DNA of 47,523 bases from Bdellovibrionota bacterium (GTDB lineage: Bacteria > Bdellovibrionota > UBA1018 > UBA923), in the NCBI GenBank assembly GCA_040754655.1, contig JBFMCE010000014.1:1-47523 (forward strand), in the 5' to 3' direction. Of this stretch, positions 38,923-47,441 are shown piece after piece. The position numbers and the translations under genes were made by a program. The notes beneath the pieces were generated by a model. The model made no database searches and was not told where the DNA came from. It worked only from the letters and a program-made list of their open reading frames with translations. Position 1 is the stretch's first letter. Each line of letters opens with the position of its first letter.

Positions 38923-39362
38923 AACGACACCTCAAACGTTCTCAGCTCATTTTTAAGTTTAAGGTGAAGCAGCCATCTCCCCGACATCACCAACCAAAGC
39001 TCGCTCACCACGATAGTGGAATGGTTGGGACTCGCAAGTTTCACCGGAGCGGTGCCGTGATTTCGCATATCAGGCATCGTAGCCCAAAATGAAAACTCGG
39101 ACAGATCACCGAAGGGCTCTGAAAACTCTAGCCTAAGCCGATTTTCCCCTTCCACTGGGCCTTGCTCCCAGAAAAGCCTGACGCATGTTCGCGAGAACCG
39201 AACTGCGCAAGGTTGCTCACTGGTCTCGGCTGAAGAATCAACAACGCGTTTCAAAACCTCTTCTTGTTTGTGGTTCAATAGAGGAGAGCGCCCACAGGCC
39301 GCGAGTGCGCCGAAAAAAACAATTGTCGTTGTCATGAAGGCAATGCGTTTATGACCTCTCAA
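38919..39362 (-). CDS. Lipoprotein with a YtkA/FixH-like domain
   Basis: LAAC lipobox; ATMPDMRNHG and MSGRW. Confidence 0.7.
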   Translation of the reverse strand: MRGHKRIAFMTTTIVFFGALAACGRSPLLNHKQEEVLKRVVDSSAETSEQPCAVRFSRTCVRLFWEQGPVEGENRLRLEFSEPFGDLSEFSFWATMPDMRNHGTAPVKLASPNHSTIVVSELWLVMSGRWLLHLKLKNELRTFEVSL

Positions 39363-39933
39363 TGACGCACCCCAAAGTCTTCACTTCACTCGGATCAGGC
39401 TTCTTTCGGTCCACGATACTCTGCAAAGCTTGATCAAGGTAATGGCGCGTCGGAGACAATCCTGTTTTGCTATCGTCGATCCCTCCCGAAAAAACCACGG
39501 CGCCCTTGGGATCAACCACAAAGACATGAGGCGTCTTAAGAGCTCCGAACTTATCCGCAAGCTTGGTATTCTGATCCCTCAGAACTGGAAATGGCAGTTT
39601 GGAGTTTGAAAAATGGCTTGTCGCGAGCTCAAGCCCCTCTCTTGCGTTTGAATGAATGCCGATGAATTGGATTCGCTGGGGGGAATACTTCCGGTGCAAA
39701 GATGAAACGGCGTTTTCATGGCCTAGAGAACAAGGGCACTTGGCCGATAAAAACACGACCACCGTCGCAAGAGCGCCTTGATCCAATGCCACAGAGACGG
39801 GGCTCAGCTTAACGACATCGATTCCGCCAAACTCGAAATCGCTCTCAACAAGCCTGGCGGCAGCACGCAGGTCCGCGCCCGTAGAAAAAATAATTGCGGC
39901 AAAAACCCAGGCCATCTTTGCGCTGATGCTCAT
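39349..39933 (-). CDS. Exported thioredoxin-like (AhpC/TSA redoxin) protein
   Basis: FLSAKCPCS, IHSN, FGALKTPHVFV, GGIDD and GCVI. Confidence 0.85.
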   Translation of the reverse strand: MSISAKMAWVFAAIIFSTGADLRAAARLVESDFEFGGIDVVKLSPVSVALDQGALATVVVFLSAKCPCSLGHENAVSSLHRKYSPQRIQFIGIHSNAREGLELATSHFSNSKLPFPVLRDQNTKLADKFGALKTPHVFVVDPKGAVVFSGGIDDSKTGLSPTRHYLDQALQSIVDRKKPDPSEVKTLGCVIERS

Positions 39934-39971
39934 ATTTAAAGGCGTATAACACGGCGTCGGTCTGTTTTGAA

Positions 39972-39988
39972 CTGGTCCCGTTCTTGCT
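39972..39988 (+). promoter_or_regulatory. Putative sigma54 -24/-12 promoter
   Basis: CTGGTCCCGTTCTTGCT upstream of the delta-60 gene. Confidence 0.6.
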
Positions 39989-40021
39989 CTTCTCTATTTG
40001 TGGAAGCGAGGGAAGGATCCC

Positions 40022-41581
40022 ATGAAATCAAAAACCAAGACACAGGCAATATCCGCAATTTCAGTAATTTACGTCATGCTTTTCGTATTTATTTTAGGCT
40101 GTGCTTCCGATGAAACCTCGCCTGGCGATGGTGGCAACCAGACACTGCCCATGGATGTTTCTGCGATAGAAAACGGGCTTTTTGACACCACGTTTGGATC
40201 GAGCGCATCAGGTCGACGAGAAGGATTCGTAACAGCCAACTTCGCCTCTGGCGGAGCACGGTACGATGGGGCGTCTGGCGTAGCGCTCGATCTTCAGGGA
40301 AGAATCGTCGTTGCCGGCACAACGCAAAGCGCTGCTGGCGACCTAGACCTCATGGTGCTGAGGTACACGAGCGACGGAGAACTGGATCCCCTTTTTGGAA
40401 CGCAAAGGCCTGGTTTTTTCTACCACCACTCCGCCGCCGGAGGATCCAACGATGAAGGAGCAGCTGTCGCCATAGACCAACAACGGCGCATTGTCGTGGT
40501 GGGCAGTAGCGATAGCCCCGGCTCAAATCGCGACATGACGGTATGGCGCTTGACGGAGAACGGTCAACTCGACACCAGCTTTGGGGCACGCAATCCCGCG
40601 GGCGGACGCCTCGGATACGTCGTGCACGCGGGAGCGGCGGGAGGTTCCGGGGCGGATCACGCCGCCGCGGTCGCGATCGATCCTTTGGGCCGCATCATCG
40701 TCGCTGGCTACAGCACCAACACGAGGAACAACAATGATATCGCCATTTGGAGATTCACTCAAAGCGGCGATCTCGACCTTAGCTTCGGAGATGCGCTTCC
40801 AAACGGGCAGCGCTTGGGCCATTTCACTCTTTCATCGCCGGCAGGCGGTGACGGAGCAGACCGCGCGACCGCAATCGTTATCGACCTTACGGGCAGAATC
40901 CTCGTAGCAGGTTACACGACCAACGCGGCGGGAAATCAGGACGCGGTGATTTTGCGCTTGAACAACCAAGGTCTATTAGATCCCCAATTTGGAACTCAAA
41001 ACGGACCCGTAACGAGAATGGGGTACATTGTTCGAAACTCAATCGCTGGGGGCAATCAACTCGATCTAGCAACTTGCGTGCTTCTCGACTCTCAGCAACG
41101 CCCGGTCTTGATCGGGCACAGCTCTGCAGGTCAGAACAGGACGCGCCTCTTCGTTTCTCGTTATGATGACCAAGGCGAAGCCGACCTTTCCTTCGGAGAC
41201 TCTTTTACGGGAAGGTTTAGAACCGGAACCGCCATCGTTTCAACGACCGCGCTTGCGGGCCTGGATTCTGCCACAACAGGTTTCATTGACTCACAAGACC
41301 GCGTCGTCGTGGCCGGATACCGCACCCCTGATCTCACTACTCGCATTGAGAACATGTCTTTGGCGCGGCTCACCTTCTCAGGAAACATCGACACTACGTT
41401 TGGTGATGACGCCGGAAACGGGCAAAGGCGCGGTTACTACTCTTACGCAAGACCCAGCCCAGGATTCGGCAGGTTCCTGGCGATGAGGCGAGACATCCAA
41501 GAGCGAGCCGTCCTCGTCGGAACCGGCATCGGCCCCACGGGCACGAGCGATGCTTTTGTGTGGAGGTTGTTGTTGCGATAA
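40022..41581 (+). CDS. Delta-60 repeat (TIGR02608-like) beta-propeller lipoprotein
   Basis: ILGC lipobox; seven G.LD..FG units with D..GRI(I/V)VAG. Confidence 0.85.
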   Translation: MKSKTKTQAISAISVIYVMLFVFILGCASDETSPGDGGNQTLPMDVSAIENGLFDTTFGSSASGRREGFVTANFASGGARYDGASGVALDLQGRIVVAGTTQSAAGDLDLMVLRYTSDGELDPLFGTQRPGFFYHHSAAGGSNDEGAAVAIDQQRRIVVVGSSDSPGSNRDMTVWRLTENGQLDTSFGARNPAGGRLGYVVHAGAAGGSGADHAAAVAIDPLGRIIVAGYSTNTRNNNDIAIWRFTQSGDLDLSFGDALPNGQRLGHFTLSSPAGGDGADRATAIVIDLTGRILVAGYTTNAAGNQDAVILRLNNQGLLDPQFGTQNGPVTRMGYIVRNSIAGGNQLDLATCVLLDSQQRPVLIGHSSAGQNRTRLFVSRYDDQGEADLSFGDSFTGRFRTGTAIVSTTALAGLDSATTGFIDSQDRVVVAGYRTPDLTTRIENMSLARLTFSGNIDTTFGDDAGNGQRRGYYSYARPSPGFGRFLAMRRDIQERAVLVGTGIGPTGTSDAFVWRLLLR

Positions 41582-41664
41582 GACCACCCGTTCCAGAAAC
41601 TATGGGAAACCTCAATATTTCTTTCTGGCGTCCACGGAAGATTCGGTACAAACTCACTGATGGG

Positions 41665-42030
41665 ATGAAAACTTCCTGCAGGCGGTATCTAATTCTGGGC
41701 GCATTCATTGCGTTTTTAAGCGCTTCGGTGATTGCTCGAGCGGCGGAAAACACCGAAAGGCAATCTGACGTAAGGAACAAATGTCTTTCGTGCTCCCAAC
41801 TAGAACGAGAAATCAAACTTCTTGAGGATGATCAGGGCCGCTCGCGCCAACTGCTGTCTCAAAATGAGGCGATGCTAAGCAAACTCTCCATCACCGACTT
41901 GTCAAAGAGAGTAAAGTTAAACTCAAATATATTCGTAATCTCAAAGAAGGTTGACCTCATCTCTTCCACGCTTTCGGGAAAGAAAGATGAGATGAAGAAA
42001 CTGGAGTGTGAAAAATGCCCGAGAACTTGA
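41665..42030 (+). CDS. Secreted coiled-coil protein flanked by CxxC motifs
   Basis: Signal peptide ending ARA-AE; CLSC and CEKC; start uncertain. Confidence 0.6.
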   Translation: MKTSCRRYLILGAFIAFLSASVIARAAENTERQSDVRNKCLSCSQLEREIKLLEDDQGRSRQLLSQNEAMLSKLSITDLSKRVKLNSNIFVISKKVDLISSTLSGKKDEMKKLECEKCPRT

Positions 42031-42470
42031 CGAGCAACCAGCGCCGCAGCTTAAAGAGATTTTGGCTGAACCCAAGCTATCAAACACGCTACGTGCTTTG
42101 GATCACCCTTACCGGCGTTTTCTTGGTAGCGCTTCAATCCATAATTTTTTACGTATTCACCAGAGAAAATTATGAAATCCTCGTCGAACTCAGCCCAATG
42201 ACCGATGACGCAAAACTGCAACTCTTCGAAGAACTGAGAACCATCATCGTGCTTCTCATCAGCGCAAGCGTGATTTTCATCAGCGTCATGGCGTTTTTAG
42301 GCGTCGTTTTCTCTCACAGAACCGTGGGACCGCTGTATCATTTCAAGCGGGTTTTCGACGACATCCGGTCTGGCAACAAGTCGGCGAGAATCCGACTGAG
42401 GCCAAAAGATGATTTCCAAGAAGTGGCGAAGTCTTTCAACGAAATGATGGACTCGCTCTCAGGCAAATAG
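42015..42470 (+). CDS. Two-TM HAMP-domain membrane protein
   Basis: Two TM helices, SHRTVGPLY and LRPKDDFQEVAKSFNEM; no output domain. Confidence 0.75.
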   Translation: MPENLTSNQRRSLKRFWLNPSYQTRYVLWITLTGVFLVALQSIIFYVFTRENYEILVELSPMTDDAKLQLFEELRTIIVLLISASVIFISVMAFLGVVFSHRTVGPLYHFKRVFDDIRSGNKSARIRLRPKDDFQEVAKSFNEMMDSLSGK

Positions 42471-42555
42471 ACCTTACATCGTGGGCAATAGCCTGCGAGC
42501 ATGAGCCGCTCAGAACGACCGCCGCTGCGTTGACCCGTACTAGCTAATGAGTCGG

Positions 42556-42861
42556 CTAAGCCGATCCTGTGAACGCGAACCGTTGTCGCCGCCATTTTGA
42601 CAATTGTCTGATGATCCTTCTCCTGGCCTCTTCCAAAGCGGAACGCGCACTGAAACCTTCGATAAACGCCTCAAACCTGCCGATAGCCGAGGTTATTTCT
42701 ATCTTGCAAGAATAACGCTCCCCGCGTTTTTCGATCATCGAAAGACCCGTCGCGTCTGATGGAGCAAGATTGAGTAGGTTGCCGATCAATGCGTCGGTAT
42801 AAAGCTGAAATCCATCCGTGGGCTTAAAGTTCAAGAATTGGGTTCGTTGACTCAGTATCAT
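42556..42861 (-). CDS. Small protein, possible HPF/RaiA-like fold
   Basis: 101 aa; SD AAGGAG; beta-alpha-beta-beta-beta-alpha pattern ending SALEEA..RIIRQL.KW. Confidence 0.5.
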   Translation of the reverse strand: MILSQRTQFLNFKPTDGFQLYTDALIGNLLNLAPSDATGLSMIEKRGERYSCKIEITSAIGRFEAFIEGFSARSALEEARRRIIRQLSKWRRQRFAFTGSA

Positions 42862-42892
42862 TCAAGTTCTCCTTATATTGAAATGCATTGTC

Positions 42893-43075
42893 TTACGGCG
42901 CGACTTTCTCAGGCAACCAACCTGAAAACCGATAGAGTTCGTCAAACTGCTTGCACTTGTTGCAAAACCTATTGAAACGCGACAAAGCCCGAAATGTCCT
43001 GTGGCAAATATTGCAACGAACCTTCCCGACAACCTGATTCCTGCGAAAGTAGATTTCCGTGTTCTTAAATTTCAT
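42893..43075 (-). CDS. Small zinc-ribbon protein
   Basis: RCNICHRTF...NRFCNKCK; SD AAAGGAG. Confidence 0.7.
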   Translation of the reverse strand: MKFKNTEIYFRRNQVVGKVRCNICHRTFRALSRFNRFCNKCKQFDELYRFSGWLPEKVAP

Positions 43076-43116
43076 ACTTTAGGCTCCTTTCTAAAAGCAT
43101 CGTTAATCCCATACCC

Positions 43117-43133
43117 AGCAAAGATCATACCAA
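43117..43133 (-). promoter_or_regulatory. Putative sigma54 -24/-12 promoter
   Basis: TTGGTATGATCTTTGCT about 40 bp upstream of ATG 43075. Confidence 0.7.
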
Positions 43134-43493
43134 GCGGGAAGCCTTGGACGCCGCCCTCCTTGCAGAGTTTTCTCGTCAAGCCTTGTATCGAAACCAAAAC
43201 GGGTGAACTGATAATGCTTCACTGTAAATATATTTTATTTCTACCGCCGATATTTATTCCGAAAAAAAACCATGCCCATCAATTTTTCATCGAAACCTTT
43301 CAGAACGTAGAATCGTAGCGCCTCAAAATAGCCCGCTCCGGGCTCTTATAAACGCAAAGAGGAGGGCTCACGGCGTTGATGTGTCGCGGAAATGATGGGC
43401 CCGAAACTCGAGTTGCCCACTACGAACTAGGCCACTGTGTGTCGTATCGCCCTCAGCGAACAGATATCCTCTCAAACGGGAGATACGCTTCGG

Positions 43494-44105
43494 TCATGTA
43501 AAAGAAAAAGCAGCGGAGTGCGGAAAGTTTTCGAGTATCGATATTCGCGCGCGATACGCCAAGTTCTTCACCCCGGAAATGCTGATGCCCAATTGTTTTG
43601 AGATCTCGGCGTAAGAGCGCTGTTGAACCACTAGCATCCAAAGAACGCGGCGCTGGAGAGCGGTCAAAGGCTTGAGCATGCTTTTAAGCATGCGGCGCAG
43701 GTCTCGCCTTTCAAGCAACAACTCGGCATTACCCACCGGGCAGGGCAGGTCTTCCACCAAGGACGGCTCTTCTGAAACGCCTTCTTGGCGCGTCTCTTCG
43801 TTCCTACCCTTTCGAAGAACATCAAAAACCGTGTTCCGTGCGATAGTCCAGAGCCAGGTTGAAAAGGCATGCTTTTCATCATAGCGATCACGAAAACGGA
43901 AAGCTTTGATGAAGATTTCTTGAGTCACTTCTTCCGCGACCTGCGCATCAAAAATGCGTCCCGAAACGTATTTGAAAATCGGCTTCTTAAATCGATTATA
44001 TAGAGAAGAAAAAACGTCGTTGTCTCCTTTTTTAAAGGCCGCATTTGAATTCAGTCTCTTGCTCCTATTGAACGGAGCCTGGATGGCCAGAGAGATAGAA
44101 CGCAT
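43494..44105 (-). CDS. ECF (sigma-70 group 4) RNA polymerase sigma factor
   Basis: GD..VFSSLY, AEEVTQEIFIKA, FSTWLWTIARN and SYAEISKQLGIS..GVK...RAR; start uncertain (44105 or nearby). Confidence 0.88.
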   Translation of the reverse strand: MRSISLAIQAPFNRSKRLNSNAAFKKGDNDVFSSLYNRFKKPIFKYVSGRIFDAQVAEEVTQEIFIKAFRFRDRYDEKHAFSTWLWTIARNTVFDVLRKGRNEETRQEGVSEEPSLVEDLPCPVGNAELLLERRDLRRMLKSMLKPLTALQRRVLWMLVVQQRSYAEISKQLGISISGVKNLAYRARISILENFPHSAAFSFT

Positions 44106-44364
44106 TTCCTCAATCCGTAAGTATCGTTTCCATCTGTTCGACATAATCGGAAAATTAGACCCCATATTTGTGAAAATATCAAAATTATTTTCCGAGACCA
44201 TCGTGCGCCTTTATTCGTATTACTCAAAAGAAGGCTGAAAAAAAGGCATTTTCACGCATTTAAAAAAATGGCCGCCAGACTCACTTCTAAAGTGTAGCGA
44301 TTCACCAACACTTTTAACCTAAAACCGGAGGTTATCGCTTCGCGGTAAATATTTTTTTCAAGAA

Positions 44365-45009
44365 ATGGAGGAACTAGACATGAGCGCAGTTTCATTTCCT
44401 CGATCGCGACTTTGCGTGATGAGTTACATGATAAAAAGAACAGTCATAGCTCTATCTCTTGTCCTGCTCTTGCCTCTTTGGTCATCTCAAGCCGAAGACG
44501 ATGTCGCCGTAAAGCAAATCCGTGATGATGCTCCTCTGATCGTGCGGCGTTTGATCGCTGGCCGCGCGAAGGACAAGGCCGAGGCCATCGCCGCGTCGGT
44601 CTTGAACGAGAGTGAAAAGCACCACTTTGACCCGTTGATCTTGCTATCGATTATCGAAACCGAAAGCGGATTTACCCTAAAGAAACGGGGTCGGCACGGC
44701 GAGGCGGGGTTGATGCAGATCAAACCCTCTACGGCGCGCTGGGTATCGAAGAGAATCGGCGTTCCTTGGCGCGGGCCAAAGACACTCGAGGATCCTCAAA
44801 CGAACATCAGAATCGGAGCCGCTTACCTCTCGTACCTGCGGTAGGAATTCGCCGCCCAGCCTCATCTTTACTTGTCGGCGTACAATATGGGAGCGAGAAA
44901 CGTGCGACGGCTCATCAAGAGACAAGTAGCGCCCAGGCAATACGCATCAAAGGTGCTAAAACACTATCAGGTTTTTCGTTCAAAAATACCTGAAGCCGTT
45001 TCACTCTAG
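44365..45009 (+). pseudogene. SLT lytic transglycosylase interrupted by an in-frame TAG at 44842-44844
   Basis: TESGF and GLMQIKP precede the TAG; the same frame continues EFAAQPHLYLSAYNMGA...YASKV to TAG 45007-45009. Confidence 0.8.
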
Positions 45010-47441
45010 CGAAGCGAAGGATAGTCAGCGGCATTCTCTAACCAGATATTGCTGAAATTCCAGTTCGAGAGCGGTGCGTTCGCATCATTGAAGAAGTACG
45101 TCGGTGTAGCGACAGTGTTTGTAGAAGTACCGGTGGCGTTATCGCAGTTGGTGCAGGTAAGCTGGCTGTCATATCGTATCGCTCCATAAGCACCGTTAAC
45201 GCTGCTAATCGGGCCGGCAGTATTGCCTGAGACGATGACATCGCCAGCGAAAAAGGAGTCTGTGAGAATGCCAGCTCCGAAAGTGCCGCCTATACCGCCG
45301 GTCGTGAATGCACCGTTTACTGTTGCGGTTGAATAGACGTTTTGCACCATGCTGCGCGCACTCAATTCATATCCTACGATGCCACCGACGCTGGTGTGCC
45401 CGGTGATCGAACCTTCGGTATAACTGTCAAGAATCGTCGTTTCACGCATGTAACCAACGATGCCACCCGTGTAATGATGGGTCGAAATCGAAAGGCCTTC
45501 AACGCCCAAGTTCCTGACGCTTGCATTATAGGCATTGCCGATGATGCCCGAATAGTCTGTCGCAGCGTTTGAGTACGCGTAATTGGCCAAGACTTTGCCG
45601 TTGCCATCGAATATGCCAGCAAAGGGGGTTCCCGCGTCTCCGATGATGGTAAGGTCAGCTTGGGTGTACCCCGTAAGATCAATATGATCCGCCAGCTTGA
45701 ACGCCTTGCCTGTCCAAAGGGTGTTGTCATCACCGATAGACTTGAAGTGCGTTTTGTCGCAGAGCAAGTAAGGATTTTCTATAGACCCCACGCCTCCAGC
45801 GAATGGAGTATCGGTCAAGTGGGTAGCGCAAGTTCCCCAGTTCGCAGTGTCTAACCACGTCACGTTGGCCGACGGATAAGCACCGCCGTTGGTTTGCCAC
45901 ACGTTCACGAAGTCCCAACTCGATAGTGGCGCGCTGGCGCTCAGGTAGAAGTCTCCCAAGGTTGTTTCAGGCCCGGTTCCCGTGGCATTGCAACCGCCGC
46001 CGGCGTTATTGGTGCAGTTGGCAAGCGCGCCGCCCTGACTGTAGTAATAAGAGTTCGTGATGGTCGAAGCGCCGGCGCTAGTGCCAACAAGCACACCGAC
46101 CGAGCCTGCGCCATTGCCGGTGATAGTGCCACTACCAAACGAGTTCAGGATGCGGCCATCAAAGTTGTTGCCAACCAATCCTCCGACCGCGTTTCCGGTA
46201 GCGTTGACCGTCGCGCTTGAGAAGCTGTTAATCACTAGGCCTCGATAACTAAAGCCCAAGAGACCGCCTTGATCCAAGCTGCCGTTGACTGTTCCTGAGG
46301 TGTAAGAATTATAAATATAAGCGTTGTTGATTACTCCGACGAGGCCACCATGATCAGGATTGCCCGCTGAACCTACTGTCGCCGACGAACGCGAAGTACT
46401 GATGATCGCTCCAGCCTCTCCGACGCCGACAAGGCCGCCGACGTACTGCGTGCCATTCACCGTACCAGCCACTGAGCTGTTAAGGACCTGGCCGCTATAC
46501 AAGTAACCGACAAGGCCGCCGACGTTGTTCTTTCCGGTAACGCTAGCGGCGGTCATCACAACGTTTTTGATCACGGCCCTTGAACCTTTGACCACGCCAA
46601 AGAGCCCGATGTTGTCTGTGGCCGCGTCAGAGTAACTAAAGTTCGAGATCGTATGGTTATAACCATCGAAGGTTCCCCTGAAAGCCGACGCCAAAGTCGT
46701 ACTCGTTCCGATTCTCGTGAAGTTGGCTTGAGTGTAGCCGGTCATATCAATATTAGCTGTCAACACAAAATGTTTATCCCAGGCGCCGCTTGTATTGCCG
46801 AGGTCAGCGAGTTGATCCGCCTCGCAGATCCTGAATGGATCTGACGCTGTGCCGGTACCGAAGGCATTATAAGTAGATGAGCCGCCAGTGCAGCCTAAGC
46901 CTACCCCTGTCATGGCCCGGGTCGCCGTTTGGTTTGCAGAGCCATCGTTGTAACTCAAGACGATCGTATCATTGGCCGCGCCATTCGCTGTTGGCGCGAA
47001 TTGAACAATCAAGGTGCAAGTTCCGGCCACCGCGAGAGTCGCTCCGGTAGAACACGTACCACCCGTGAGCGTATACGGCGCGGCAAGGCTTAAGCCAGCC
47101 GTAGTCACCGTGCCGAGCAATGCGGCAGCTGTACCCGAGTTCGTTACAGTGAAAGTCTTGCTTTGAGTCGAGCTCGAAACGACGTTTCCGAAATCGTAGG
47201 TAACGCCGTCCGAAACGGAAAGCGAAGCGGTCGCCGCTGCTGAGCTTGAGCTGCTGCCAGACGATGAACCTGACGAGCCGGAAGAGCTGCTTGATTTCTC
47301 TTTAACAAGCGTAGGGCTGCAAGATACCGCCACCATCGCCGAGGTTAACAAGGCGATGAGCCGTTCGAACCCTAAGCTCACAGATTGGGTATTAGCCCGA
47401 AATTCACTGTTATTATTTCTCACTCTTAACATACGTCCCAC
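45006..47441 (-). CDS. Surface lipoprotein with an Ig-like (choice-of-anchor D) domain and two GLUG-repeat regions
   Basis: AVSC lipobox, Ser linker, YDFGNV..TFTVTNSG; GTGTASDPF / GVGSIENPY, F.G.FDG and many VGGLVG repeats. Confidence 0.85.
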   Translation of the reverse strand: MGRMLRVRNNNSEFRANTQSVSLGFERLIALLTSAMVAVSCSPTLVKEKSSSSSGSSGSSSGSSSSSAAATASLSVSDGVTYDFGNVVSSSTQSKTFTVTNSGTAAALLGTVTTAGLSLAAPYTLTGGTCSTGATLAVAGTCTLIVQFAPTANGAANDTIVLSYNDGSANQTATRAMTGVGLGCTGGSSTYNAFGTGTASDPFRICEADQLADLGNTSGAWDKHFVLTANIDMTGYTQANFTRIGTSTTLASAFRGTFDGYNHTISNFSYSDAATDNIGLFGVVKGSRAVIKNVVMTAASVTGKNNVGGLVGYLYSGQVLNSSVAGTVNGTQYVGGLVGVGEAGAIISTSRSSATVGSAGNPDHGGLVGVINNAYIYNSYTSGTVNGSLDQGGLLGFSYRGLVINSFSSATVNATGNAVGGLVGNNFDGRILNSFGSGTITGNGAGSVGVLVGTSAGASTITNSYYYSQGGALANCTNNAGGGCNATGTGPETTLGDFYLSASAPLSSWDFVNVWQTNGGAYPSANVTWLDTANWGTCATHLTDTPFAGGVGSIENPYLLCDKTHFKSIGDDNTLWTGKAFKLADHIDLTGYTQADLTIIGDAGTPFAGIFDGNGKVLANYAYSNAATDYSGIIGNAYNASVRNLGVEGLSISTHHYTGGIVGYMRETTILDSYTEGSITGHTSVGGIVGYELSARSMVQNVYSTATVNGAFTTGGIGGTFGAGILTDSFFAGDVIVSGNTAGPISSVNGAYGAIRYDSQLTCTNCDNATGTSTNTVATPTYFFNDANAPLSNWNFSNIWLENAADYPSLR

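Noticed and set aside
44842..44844. Genome-wide TAG recoding or pyrrolysine
   Set aside because: Many genes here end normally in TAG (e.g. at 13918, 15270, 25510, 42470), no other internal TAG was noticed, and no pyl genes are present.
1694..47441. Numerous 60-170 aa antisense or alternate-frame ORFs (e.g. 1694..2152, 30590..31099, 35293..35799)
   Set aside because: Shadow ORFs of well-supported genes with no independent motifs.
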